Shown here: positions 18,139 through 27,548 of the stretch, one piece after another
Numbering within the stretch: the stretch's first letter is position 1
Layout of the letters: every line of letters starts with the position of its first letter
Assembly (NCBI GenBank): GCA_018677555.1
Contig: JAHHOT010000072.1
Location: forward strand, 4,737-68,736
Direction: 5' to 3'
Length of the DNA stretch: 64,000 bases
DNA from: Gammaproteobacteria bacterium
Lineage (GTDB): Bacteria > Pseudomonadota > Gammaproteobacteria > Steroidobacterales > Woeseiaceae
Translations under genes and position numbers: made by a program
Notes under the pieces: generated by a model
Told to the model about the DNA's origin: nothing
The model's database searches: none
What the model saw: only the letters and a program-made list of their open reading frames with translations

Positions 18139-19995
18139 ATGGAGGCAGGCATTCGGCTGTGTATTCTTGCGGCCGTCCTGTGTGCCTGCAGCAGAGCACC
18201 CGAGCCACCCGGCAATCCGGATACAGTGCCACCGCAAGGCGTAAGTCTCACTGACTACGTCGCCGCAAATCCGCTGCCCATACAAACGGAGGCAAGCACC
18301 GCCACTGATCGCTCCCGGTGGGGCGAACTTCTGCTCGACCTGGACAATCGCAATGTCGTGTCCGGGGATATGGCGGACGCGGATAATATCACCGACGTAA
18401 TTCGCGCCTATCATCGCGCCTGGCTCGATCAGAGCAGCGAACAGCTTCGCAGGCTACTTGCCAAAGATGTCGTTCGTGTTCGCCAGGGACGGAAAACGCG
18501 AGGCATCGAGCAGGCCATCGAACAGGCAAAAAAGGAGACGCGCGGCGAACGGCCCCATGGCTACAGGACGTCTATGCGATTTTCGATCTACCGCATGACG
18601 CTGGATATCCGGCAGGAGCTCGCGGTCGCTCATTATTCCGTCGCCATACATGCTGGCTCGCGCCGGGAGTTCGCCGACATCGCAACGGTGATGCAGGTGC
18701 TGCAGCAGGTCGACGGCACCTGGCAAATTCTCGCGCACATCGAGAGCGATCGGCTGGCAGACCACAGCACACCGCGATTCGCTGACGACGTACCGAGCCG
18801 GCGGACGCCGATTCGCATGGACTTCGTCTATCCCGCGAAAAACCTGGACCGTGCGATCGAGTTCTACTCGCCGCTGCTGGGCGCCCCGTCGGTGGTGACG
18901 GAGAACCGGGCATCGTTCCGTCTCGGCGATTCCTTTTTCGAGCTCGAAATCAACCCGCTGAATCGGCGGGTACTGATGAAGGAAGGGTATGCGAACGGCT
19001 ACGCCATCGTCGACGTACCCCACTTCGGTGTCATCAACAGATGGATGTCGGAGCGAGAATGGGCAGAAGCGGTTTTCACGGATTGCGGGTTTGACCGTTG
19101 CGTAATCACCGAAGATCCGTCGGGCAACGTCATTGTATGGCGACGCGACCGGCCGAGGGTATCAGACGAGGCTGTCTGGCCGACGGTCAACGTGTCGCCG
19201 GATGCTTTGCAGCGCTATCCGCTGGCACACAACATACGTGCAATGCTCGTTTCATGGATCGCGACAAACGCGGATGCCGTGATGCGGCAGCTGACGGACA
19301 CGGCGACGTGGATCGACGATGGGGAGCGCACGGCATCCGGTGAGCCGGGCATTCGGCGCTTGCTGGAGGCTCGCTGGCGACCATTCGTCCGCGGCCCGGA
19401 CGGAATCGATGCCGACATCGTCGTTCGCAATCTGCAAATTCGCGAATCCGACGACTTTCAGCTGGCCACTTTTACACTCGAGGTCGATATGCGCAGCGAT
19501 ACCAGGGACTCGTTTCGCGCACACGTGCTGCAACTCTGGTCTGCCGAGTCGTCGCCGCAGGTCGAATACTCCTTCATCGCCCGCGCAAGGCAACAACGCG
19601 ATGCACCGGTCAGCAACATGGACTACACCGCCTATCCCGTTGCGAACCTGGGCGCCGCCGGCCGTTATTACAAGATTCTTTTTGGGGCAGAACCCTACCG
19701 TGACGACAACTGGTTCGGCTTCTGGACCACCACAGGCGTTTTTGGCCTGGTCGGCGCATCGTCGCAGGGCGATTCCTATCGCGCCATTCCACACCGGGCA
19801 AACGGTTACGCGGATTTCAACGTCAATTCGATCGAGGATACGTATGCCTACCTGCGAGCGAAGGGCGCAAGGTTCCCGCTGTTACCGGGGATTAACGAAA
19901 CGCCCGGGATTGATGAACAGCCGGGTTACAGGCAGCTGCTCGCAATAGACAGCGAGGGAAACCTGGTGAATTTCAGCGAGCATCCCGACAATTAA
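18139..19995 (+). CDS. lipoprotein with duplicated SnoaL/DUF4440-like plus VOC (glyoxalase/dioxygenase-fold) modules
   Basis: Lipobox ILAAVLCACS. Two NTF2-like stretches (YHRAWLDQSSEQLRRLLAKDVV..., MLVSWIATNADAVMRQLTDTATWIDDG...) are each followed by a VOC-like stretch (FVYPAKNLDRAIEFYSPLLGAP..., YTAYPVANLGAAGRYYKILFGAEP...). Confidence 0.65.
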   Translation: MEAGIRLCILAAVLCACSRAPEPPGNPDTVPPQGVSLTDYVAANPLPIQTEASTATDRSRWGELLLDLDNRNVVSGDMADADNITDVIRAYHRAWLDQSSEQLRRLLAKDVVRVRQGRKTRGIEQAIEQAKKETRGERPHGYRTSMRFSIYRMTLDIRQELAVAHYSVAIHAGSRREFADIATVMQVLQQVDGTWQILAHIESDRLADHSTPRFADDVPSRRTPIRMDFVYPAKNLDRAIEFYSPLLGAPSVVTENRASFRLGDSFFELEINPLNRRVLMKEGYANGYAIVDVPHFGVINRWMSEREWAEAVFTDCGFDRCVITEDPSGNVIVWRRDRPRVSDEAVWPTVNVSPDALQRYPLAHNIRAMLVSWIATNADAVMRQLTDTATWIDDGERTASGEPGIRRLLEARWRPFVRGPDGIDADIVVRNLQIRESDDFQLATFTLEVDMRSDTRDSFRAHVLQLWSAESSPQVEYSFIARARQQRDAPVSNMDYTAYPVANLGAAGRYYKILFGAEPYRDDNWFGFWTTTGVFGLVGASSQGDSYRAIPHRANGYADFNVNSIEDTYAYLRAKGARFPLLPGINETPGIDEQPGYRQLLAIDSEGNLVNFSEHPDN

Positions 19996-20019
19996 ATTAC
20001 GGGCTGGCCGCGAACGGAT

Positions 20020-20481
20020 TCATTGCTTCAGCAACAATGCCTGTATCGCGTCCACGTCCTGACCAACCATGTCCTTGTCAATCGTCAGCTCCGGCTCCGT
20101 TACGCCTTCCGTTTTCAGCGCCTGGCGCAGCAGGCCCAGGAAGCGGGGTGCGGCGATGAGCGCATAGCGGCGGCAGGTGCCGCTCAAGAATGCCTTGTGG
20201 ACGCGTATCGCAATCTCCTTGGCAAAGCGAATCGCATCCTGGCGCTCGCTGCGCGGCTTCTCCCTGGCCAGGGTATGGCGGCCGGCGCCGTGACTGTCGA
20301 ATGAGCGGCCGCCGCGGTCGGCCAGTCGCTCGCTGGTTTTCTTGCGGGCGCTGGGATTCTCGAGCGCAAACCGTTCGCAGAGCGGCGCCCGGCTGTTTTC
20401 GCGTTCGAAAACGATGGCGCTTGCTTCATCCGCCACCACGACCCAGCTGGTTTTGCGGCTGCCCGGCGCGGAATCGATCAT
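20020..20481 (-). CDS. host-attachment family protein (Host_attach-like)
   Basis: SWVVVADEASAIVFERE N-terminus, GRSFDSHGAGRH, FAKEIA, LIAAPRFLGLLRQAL and IDKDM blocks typical of the family. AGGAGG lies upstream of the ATG. Confidence 0.7.
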   Translation of the reverse strand: MIDSAPGSRKTSWVVVADEASAIVFERENSRAPLCERFALENPSARKKTSERLADRGGRSFDSHGAGRHTLAREKPRSERQDAIRFAKEIAIRVHKAFLSGTCRRYALIAAPRFLGLLRQALKTEGVTEPELTIDKDMVGQDVDAIQALLLKQ

Positions 20482-20625
20482 CGCACAGTCCTCCTGTTGC
20501 CAATCGCAGCTGCCAATATGGGCGAGTGCTTACGCCCGATCATACGAGTACTTTTACGTATTGATTGCAGCTTTGTCGAGCCGAAACTCTTAATACTGAT
20601 GAATTCGAAGGTTGAGACCTGTCCG

Positions 20626-22011
20626 ATGAGTTTCGAACTGCAGTTTTTTGGTGCAACCGGTCAGGTGACCGGGTCCCTGTATGCGCTGCGTAGCAATGGC
20701 CACCTGGTCCTGATGGAGTGCGGCCTGGTCCAGGGCGGGCAGCGGGAAGAGGAGCAAAATCGCCAGGACTTTCCCGTAGCCATAGACGAGATCGACGCGG
20801 TCGTACTGAGTCACGCGCACATCGACCACAGCGGACGGGTTCCTTTGCTCGTACAGCGGGGCTATCGGGGCCCTGTGTACACGCAGAACGCGTCAAAAGC
20901 GCTGTGCGAGATCATGCTTCCGGACGCCGGCTACCTGAACGAGAAAGACGCGGAGTGGCAAAACAAAAAGCTGCGTGCAAAGGGTAAACGCCCGATCGCG
21001 CCGCTTTATACCCGGGCAGACGCCGTGGAGTGCCTGGAGCAGTTCCGCAGCGCGGCCTACGACGAACCGTTCGACGTCGTCCCGGGCCTGGAAGTCCGTT
21101 TTCACGACGCCGGTCACATCCTCGGCGCCGCGATTGTCGAGCTGACCCAGAAAAACCCGGGTGGCGCCAAGACGCTCGTGTTCAGCGGGGACCTCGGCTA
21201 TCGCGACGCACCAGTGATGAATTCGCCGGTGGCTATCAGCCATGCCGACGCCGTCCTGATGGAAAGTACCTACGGGGACCGCTTGCATCGCAGTTTCGAC
21301 GCGACCATCGAGGAGCTGACCGGCGTATTCAGCGCGGCACGCGCAGGTAAAGGCAATATCCTGATTCCGGCATTCACCGTGGGCAGGACCCAGGATCTGC
21401 TTTACCTCATGGCGGAGCATTACGACGAGTGGCAGCTGGATGACTGGCAAATCTTCCTCGACAGCCCCATGGGTATCGAGGCTACACGGGTGTACTCGGA
21501 TTACCGCCATCTTTACGGCGCCAGGTTATTCGGCCCTGATTCCAGCCTGCCCGATCTGCCGAACTATCATGCGAGCCGCACGACCGAAGACTCCATGGCA
21601 ATCAACAAGATTGAATCTGGCGCAATCATTATTGCCGGTAGCGGTATGTGCAGCGGCGGCCGGATTCTGCATCATTTAAAGAACAATATCTGGCGCCCCG
21701 AATGCCATATTGTTATCGTCGGCTTCCAGGCCTACGGCACGCTCGGGCGGCGCATCGTCGACGGGGCAAAGGAAATCCGGCTCTGGGGTGACACCTACAG
21801 TGTGCGCGCACAGGTTCATACCGTCGGTGGCCTGTCCGCTCATGCTGACCAGCTCGACCTGGTCAATTGGTATAACAACTTCGACAACAAGCCGCCGCTG
21901 TACCTGGTGCACGGCGAGCCGGAGCCGCAACGAATCCTGAAACAGCTGCTGGAAAACGATCACGGCGCGAACGTAACGATCGCCGAGCACGGTCAGTCGG
22001 TGGACGTCTAA
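20626..22011 (+). CDS. MBL-fold metallo-hydrolase with beta-CASP / RNA-specificity domain (RNase J/CPSF-like)
   Basis: ORF 20497..22011; I prefer ATG 20626 (MSFELQFFGATGQVTGS). HxHxDH motif (SHAHIDHSG), beta-CASP region and C-terminal ...GGLSAHADQLDL... motif. Confidence 0.85.
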   Translation: MSFELQFFGATGQVTGSLYALRSNGHLVLMECGLVQGGQREEEQNRQDFPVAIDEIDAVVLSHAHIDHSGRVPLLVQRGYRGPVYTQNASKALCEIMLPDAGYLNEKDAEWQNKKLRAKGKRPIAPLYTRADAVECLEQFRSAAYDEPFDVVPGLEVRFHDAGHILGAAIVELTQKNPGGAKTLVFSGDLGYRDAPVMNSPVAISHADAVLMESTYGDRLHRSFDATIEELTGVFSAARAGKGNILIPAFTVGRTQDLLYLMAEHYDEWQLDDWQIFLDSPMGIEATRVYSDYRHLYGARLFGPDSSLPDLPNYHASRTTEDSMAINKIESGAIIIAGSGMCSGGRILHHLKNNIWRPECHIVIVGFQAYGTLGRRIVDGAKEIRLWGDTYSVRAQVHTVGGLSAHADQLDLVNWYNNFDNKPPLYLVHGEPEPQRILKQLLENDHGANVTIAEHGQSVDV

Positions 22012-22028
22012 GCGGGAGTTTGGCGACC

Positions 22029-23000
22029 ATGATTGACGACGACTCCAGCAATACGGTGCCGCGCCCGGCTGATCCGGTCAAACGACGCGAACGCCTGCCA
22101 GGGGAAAAAGCGAAGTCGAACCGCGAAGACCCGCAGGCAAGCAGCCGCGTCGCCGCGCTGATAAACAGCCCGGCATACCGCCCCGCCGACCTGGATGTCG
22201 AATTTCTCAACCACGACTCGGCGCGCGGCGCCAGGTTGCAGCTGGACTACCTGAAGCCGGAATTGTTACTGCAAAATGCCGGTGTGGAGGAGACGATAGT
22301 CGTCTTCGGCGGAACGCGAATCCGCGAACCCGGTGAAGCGCGCCGCGAGTTCGACGCGGCAGCGAAAGCGTTGCGCCGAAAGCCGAATAGCTACAAATTG
22401 CGACGCAGGCTTCGCGTTGCTGAAAAAAGACTCGCCAGCTCGGACTACTATCGGATTGCGCGCGAGTTTGGCGCAATTATCGGCAGGGCTGGCGCCGGTC
22501 CCAGCGACTGCCGGCTGACGCTCATGACGGGCGGCGGGCCCGGAATCATGGAGGCGGCAAATCGCGGCGCCGCAGACGTTGGCGCCAAAAGTATCGGGCT
22601 GAACATCACGTTGCCGCACGAGCAGTTTCCCAACCCGTATATTGCCGAGGAAATGTGTTTCAGCGTGCGCTACTTCGCGATTCGCAAGCTGCATTTTCTG
22701 CTTCGTGCGCGAGCACTGGTCGTCTTTCCGGGTGGCTTCGGCACGCTCGACGAACTGTTCGAAACGCTGAACCTCGTGCAAACGCGAAAAATCAAGCCGT
22801 TGCCCATCGTGCTCGTCGGGCAACAATTCTGGCGTCGTGTAATGGACGTCGACTTCGTCGCCGCGGAAGGCCTCGTCGACAGCGAAGACCTGGAATTATT
22901 CTGGTTTGCAGAATCGGCCCAACAAATCTGGGACGGTATCAGGGAGTGGCACGGACAGGCCGGCAGTGCCCTGCACTGCGACATACCCGCGAATCGATGA
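22029..23000 (+). CDS. LOG / TIGR00730 family protein with extended N-terminus
   Basis: GGGPGIMEAANRGA and PGGFGTLDELFE motifs. The ORF track starts at TTG 22020; ATG 22029 has better spacing to GGGAG. The stop overlaps the ATPase start (ATGA). Confidence 0.8.
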   Translation: MIDDDSSNTVPRPADPVKRRERLPGEKAKSNREDPQASSRVAALINSPAYRPADLDVEFLNHDSARGARLQLDYLKPELLLQNAGVEETIVVFGGTRIREPGEARREFDAAAKALRRKPNSYKLRRRLRVAEKRLASSDYYRIAREFGAIIGRAGAGPSDCRLTLMTGGGPGIMEAANRGAADVGAKSIGLNITLPHEQFPNPYIAEEMCFSVRYFAIRKLHFLLRARALVVFPGGFGTLDELFETLNLVQTRKIKPLPIVLVGQQFWRRVMDVDFVAAEGLVDSEDLELFWFAESAQQIWDGIREWHGQAGSALHCDIPANR

Positions 23001-25717
23001 GTCCAGCCACAATCGCCGAAGCGGCCGCGGCAGTCCAGGAACCCTGGAGCCTTGATGCACAGGAAGTAGCTTCGCGTCTTCGTGTCGACGCTGAGGCCGG
23101 GCTTACATCGACCGATGCTGAGAGGCGCCGCAATACTTACGGCGACAATCGCCTGCGCGGCCCGCGACGGCGCGCGGCTCTCGCGATCTTCATCGACCAG
23201 TTCAAGAGCATCGTCATCCTGCTACTGGCCGTCGCTGGCACGCTGGCTATATTTCTCGCCGATCACGTGGAAGGCCTGGCCATTTTTGCGGTAATCGCAA
23301 TCAATACCGCTATCGGGTTTGTCACGGAATGGCGCGCTGTTCGATCGATGGAGGCGCTGAGTCATCTAGGCACGGTCGACACCACCGCGATGCGCGATGG
23401 AGTCCTCAAGAAAATCCCGGCAGTAGAATTGGTACCCGGTGACATCGTCGTTTTCGAAGGCGGCGACATCGTAACCGCTGACATTCGGCTGCTCGAGGCC
23501 GCCAAGCTGCAAGCTAATGAATCCACGCTCACCGGTGAGTCGATGCCGGTCAGCAAATCTGTCGACGCTATCAGTGCAGAGACACCGCTGGTCGGGCGAA
23601 TAAATACGGTCTACAAGGGCACGGCAATCACCCGCGGTTCCGGCAAGGGCGTCGTCGTTGGTACCGGTTTCAATACCGAGCTCGGCAGAATCACGGAACT
23701 TGTCACCACGGCGGAAGCTGCCCAGACGCCCCTCGAGAAACGGCTCGACGCCCTCGCGCACCGCCTTGTCTGGATCGTCGTTCTTCTCGCAATTCTTATT
23801 GCAGCCGGCGGGGTGATCGTCGGCCGCGAACTGATGCTCGCGATCGAGGTCGCTATCGCCCTGGCGGTCGCGGCGATCCCCGAAGGGCTGCCCATCGTCG
23901 CAACAATCGCGTTGGCGCGCGGCATGTGGCGCATGGCGCAGCGAAACGCGCTCATCGCGCGCCTGTCAGCCGTCGAAACGCTCGGCGCAACCAGCATCAT
24001 ACTGACGGACAAGACCGGCACGCTGACGGAAAACGAAATGCTCGTCACAGCAGCCCGCGTCGCCGATGCCAGTCTTTCGGTCGACATGGCAGCAGCCGGC
24101 CCGGCGCAGCGTTTCTTTGAGGACGGTAAAGCACCGTCACTGGAAGTCGCGGAAAACCTCGACGAGCTACTGAGAACTGGTGTGCTGTGCAGCAACGCAA
24201 GCGTGACGGTATTGCCGGATGGCGAACTGGAGAAAGTCGGCGATCCGACGGAAATCGCGTTGCTCGTTGCCGGCCTGTGGCGCGGTATCGAACGAAGCCG
24301 GCTGCTGGAATCACTACCGGAGATGGTCGAACTTGCGTTTGACCCTGATAACAAGCGCATGGCGACGATTCACCAGGACGGCGGCGCAGTGCTTGTCGCC
24401 GTCAAGGGAGCTCCGGAAGCGATAATCCCGCTTTGCAGCAGCGTGCGGCATCCCTCGGGCGACGCGGATCTCGACGATGACAAGCGGCAAGCCTGGCTCC
24501 GGCATGCCGGTGATGTTGCCGCCCGCGGTTTGCGCACCCTGGCAATAGCCCGCAAGTCCGCCGCAGACAGCAGCACGGACGCGTACGCCGGACTATGTCT
24601 ACTGGGCATCGTCGGTCTCGAAGACCCGCCGAGACAGGGGGTCAGGGAGGCCATCGCAGCCTGCCACGCCGCAGGGATAGATGTCGTCATGGTCACCGGT
24701 GACCACGCAGCCACTGCGCGGCAAATCGCCATCGACACCGGGATCGCCGACGACACGACCCAAGCGGAACTCTATATCGACGGCATTGCCGACGCGGACA
24801 GGCTGGAATCCGCACTGCTGGGGTCGCTCGGTGCTGCGCGGGTTTTTTCGAGAGTCTCTCCGGAGCAAAAGTTGCGGCTGATTGACCAGTACCAGCAGGG
24901 CGGGAAAATCGTCGCGATGACCGGCGATGGCGTTAACGACGCGCCCGCACTCAGGAAGGCCGATATCGGGGTGGCGATGGGTGTCCGTGGCACGGACGTG
25001 GCCAGGGAAGCCGCTGCGATGGTGCTGCAGGATGACGAATTTCGCACGATTGTCGAAGCCGTACACCAGGGCCGCGCTATCTACGCCAACATTCGTAAGT
25101 TCGTGATCTACCTGCTGTCCTGCAATATGAGCGAGGTTCTGGTTGTTGCACTTGCCACGATTGCCGGCGCACCCTTGCCGCTATTGCCGCTGCAAATACT
25201 GTTTCTGAATCTCGTCACCGATGTCTTTCCCGCCCTGGCCCTCGGGGTAGGCGAAGGGTCGTCAGGCCTGATGCGGGAAAAACCGAGACCGGCGGATGAA
25301 CCCGTGCTGACTCGTGCACACTGGTTGCGAATTGCATTCCACGGGACAGTCATCGCGCTGACCGTGCTGGCCGCAATGGCGCTGGCGCAATATCAGCTCG
25401 GATTCGACACGACGACGGCGGTCACCGTTTCGTTCTGCACGCTGGCGCTCGCGCAGGTCTGGCACGTTTTCAATATGCGTGACGACATGCGACGCGTCTT
25501 CGACAACGAAATTACCCGCAATCCCTGGGTCTGGGCCGCCGTCAGCATCTGCCTGGCGTTGATTGCTGCGGCGGTATTTACACCGCTGATGAGTAGTGTG
25601 TTGCAACTCACCAACCCGGGCGCAAGTGGCTGGCTGCTGATCGTCGCCATGAGCCTGGTCCCATTGGCCGTGGCGCCGCTCGTGCGCCGCCTGCTGCCGC
25701 TAGACTCAGGGCCCTGA
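22997..25717 (+). CDS. P-type cation-transporting ATPase (P2-type, Ca2+/Mg2+-like)
   Basis: ORF 22655..25717, but its first 114 codons overlap the LOG gene and are Arg-rich. I prefer ATG 22997 (MSPATIAEAAAAVQEPWSL...). DKTGTLT, TGES, PEGLP and TGDGVNDAPAL motifs. Confidence 0.9.
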   Translation: MSPATIAEAAAAVQEPWSLDAQEVASRLRVDAEAGLTSTDAERRRNTYGDNRLRGPRRRAALAIFIDQFKSIVILLLAVAGTLAIFLADHVEGLAIFAVIAINTAIGFVTEWRAVRSMEALSHLGTVDTTAMRDGVLKKIPAVELVPGDIVVFEGGDIVTADIRLLEAAKLQANESTLTGESMPVSKSVDAISAETPLVGRINTVYKGTAITRGSGKGVVVGTGFNTELGRITELVTTAEAAQTPLEKRLDALAHRLVWIVVLLAILIAAGGVIVGRELMLAIEVAIALAVAAIPEGLPIVATIALARGMWRMAQRNALIARLSAVETLGATSIILTDKTGTLTENEMLVTAARVADASLSVDMAAAGPAQRFFEDGKAPSLEVAENLDELLRTGVLCSNASVTVLPDGELEKVGDPTEIALLVAGLWRGIERSRLLESLPEMVELAFDPDNKRMATIHQDGGAVLVAVKGAPEAIIPLCSSVRHPSGDADLDDDKRQAWLRHAGDVAARGLRTLAIARKSAADSSTDAYAGLCLLGIVGLEDPPRQGVREAIAACHAAGIDVVMVTGDHAATARQIAIDTGIADDTTQAELYIDGIADADRLESALLGSLGAARVFSRVSPEQKLRLIDQYQQGGKIVAMTGDGVNDAPALRKADIGVAMGVRGTDVAREAAAMVLQDDEFRTIVEAVHQGRAIYANIRKFVIYLLSCNMSEVLVVALATIAGAPLPLLPLQILFLNLVTDVFPALALGVGEGSSGLMREKPRPADEPVLTRAHWLRIAFHGTVIALTVLAAMALAQYQLGFDTTTAVTVSFCTLALAQVWHVFNMRDDMRRVFDNEITRNPWVWAAVSICLALIAAAVFTPLMSSVLQLTNPGASGWLLIVAMSLVPLAVAPLVRRLLPLDSGP

Positions 25718-25838
25718 CGGCTCTACGTATTCCCCGCAATCGACGGTTATGAACACGGATAGGTGTACCGTTTCCGCCACAATAGGATTCTGTCAAGGAT
25801 AGGAAAAAGGCGCATTGGTGGCGGAGGATTCTGAAGCA

Positions 25839-26762
25839 ATGAGTGGAAAGCGGCACATACTTGCCATCGTCGAACCGGAAAACGAGCCATTGATTGTCGC
25901 GAGAAAGGCGGCATGGTTTGCACGGGTCAATGGCTTCGGGCTCACGCTCATATGGTGCGACGCGGATGTCGGCCCGCTCGACGGCCCGTTCCTCGTATCC
26001 AACGCGGCACGTGACATTGCAACGCAGATTCGCGCGGCACAGCAACAGATGGTTGAGGAACTGGCCGAAGAAATCGACGACGAAGGAGTCCCGGTTGCCG
26101 CGCAGGTGCTCGAAGAACGGCCGATCGGCGACGGCCTGCTGTCGATGATCGACCGCAGCATGCCTGCATTCGTGTTCAAGGGCACGCGTTACCATGACGC
26201 CGCCGAGCGCTCGATTTTTGTAGACACCGACTGGCACCTGATGCGCGGCTGCTCCTGTCCGCTATGGCTGGTCAAACGCAAATTTCGTGAGGAGCGGCCG
26301 ACTATTGTTGCGGCGGTGGACCCGATGCATACGCATGACAAGTCTGCTGCTCTGGACACGGCGATCGTCGAGCATGCAAAGACGATCGCCGAACTCGCCG
26401 GCGGAGACGTGCATCTTTTTCATTCCTACCAGCCCATGGCCGGCCTGGCGGCGGCGGCGAACAGATCCTTTAAGCCGGTCACGCTTGCGGCCGAAGAAAT
26501 CATCGACGAGCTTCGCGAGGAACACCAGCAGAAGCTGAACGATCTCGCGGCGTCTTGCGGCATCGATGCCAAACATACCCACCAGCTGTCCGGAGTGCCG
26601 CGCGAAGTGTTGCCGGCGTTCGCAAGGTCCATCAAGGCCGATCTCGTGGTCATGGGTACGCAGGCGCGCTGGGGAATCAAGCGCGCCGTCATCGGCAGCA
26701 CTGCGGAGCGGGTGCTGGATCACCTGCCCTGTGACACACTGCTGGTCAAACCGGCCGTCTAA
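25839..26762 (+). CDS. universal stress protein, tandem USP domains (UspE-like)
   Basis: Two USP-like halves. The C-terminal half ends with VVMGTQARWGIKRAVIGSTAERVLDHLPCDTLLVKP. The ORF track starts at TTG 25815; ATG 25839 follows GGAGGA. Confidence 0.8.
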   Translation: MSGKRHILAIVEPENEPLIVARKAAWFARVNGFGLTLIWCDADVGPLDGPFLVSNAARDIATQIRAAQQQMVEELAEEIDDEGVPVAAQVLEERPIGDGLLSMIDRSMPAFVFKGTRYHDAAERSIFVDTDWHLMRGCSCPLWLVKRKFREERPTIVAAVDPMHTHDKSAALDTAIVEHAKTIAELAGGDVHLFHSYQPMAGLAAAANRSFKPVTLAAEEIIDELREEHQQKLNDLAASCGIDAKHTHQLSGVPREVLPAFARSIKADLVVMGTQARWGIKRAVIGSTAERVLDHLPCDTLLVKPAV

Positions 26763-26783
26763 CGACGCAGCGCGGGCTGGCCG

Positions 26784-27455
26784 TTACGTCCGCGCGGGCA
26801 CCGCCAGCGTATTCACGGCAATCGAAATGCGGTCGCGCGAGCCCTGATGCGGCGTCACCCAGTGAGCCAGCCACGCCGGAAACGCGATGAGCTGGCCGAC
26901 CTTCGGCGTGAAGCGATGGTCCGACCGGTAGGTCGACCCGTCGGGATTCATCATGCGCAGATCGGGCTTGTACATGACCGGCAACGGGTTTCGCGGGTCC
27001 TGCAAGACAATCTGGCCTGCTTTTTCCTCGCTTTCGCCGTCCGCCAGCCCGTCGTCCACGTAAAAGACCACCGACCACAGGGAACCCGGATGCGTATGCG
27101 ACTCGTGTCCGACCGACGGTGGGCAGATATTGGCCCACATTTCCGCCGTCCATTCGAAGCGCGGCTTGTGCGGATCGGTCTGGCCGATGTCGCGCGTGTA
27201 GCGCGCGCACATGTGCAGCATCTGGGTAATGAGTTTTACCGCCGCTTCACCACCCCATTGCAGCATTCCCGTATCGGATTGCCAGCCGCCCTTGTTGGAT
27301 CGACTGGTGCTCGGATGCGATTCGGCGCGCGCCAGGATAATGGACCTGAGTTCTTCGACGAGCCCGGCCGAATCCGGTATTTCCGACGTTATCAATGGCG
27401 TGGCGAATAGCCCTTCGAACCTGGCGTCGCGGGCAGCGGACATGTCGTCAATCAT
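26784..27455 (-). CDS. 2OG-Fe(II) oxygenase-superfamily protein, TIGR02466-like (tentative)
   Basis: HESHTHPGSLWSVVFYVD and LIAFPAWLAHWVTPH blocks, colinear with the same blocks in 35929..36549. Confidence 0.6.
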   Translation of the reverse strand: MIDDMSAARDARFEGLFATPLITSEIPDSAGLVEELRSIILARAESHPSTSRSNKGGWQSDTGMLQWGGEAAVKLITQMLHMCARYTRDIGQTDPHKPRFEWTAEMWANICPPSVGHESHTHPGSLWSVVFYVDDGLADGESEEKAGQIVLQDPRNPLPVMYKPDLRMMNPDGSTYRSDHRFTPKVGQLIAFPAWLAHWVTPHQGSRDRISIAVNTLAVPART

Positions 27456-27548
27456 TGCGGTGTCACTCTGTTGTCAGCGCTACGGGCAGTATAAGCCGAA
27501 GGCCCGGCCATTTCGCTCCGGCTACAGCCTGCGGACGGCGCCGCGACA

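Noticed and set aside
20482-20625. FNR/Anr box (TTGAT-N4-ATCAA) in the divergent promoter of the stress cluster
   Set aside because: Only half-site-like TTGAT (in TTGATTGCAG) is present, without the inverted partner. This is insufficient to call a site by eye.
22655-22996. 114-codon N-terminal extension of the P-type ATPase ORF
   Set aside because: It overlaps the LOG gene in another frame and is extremely Arg-rich. The ATG at 22997 gives a normal ATPase N-terminus and a classic ATGA coupling.
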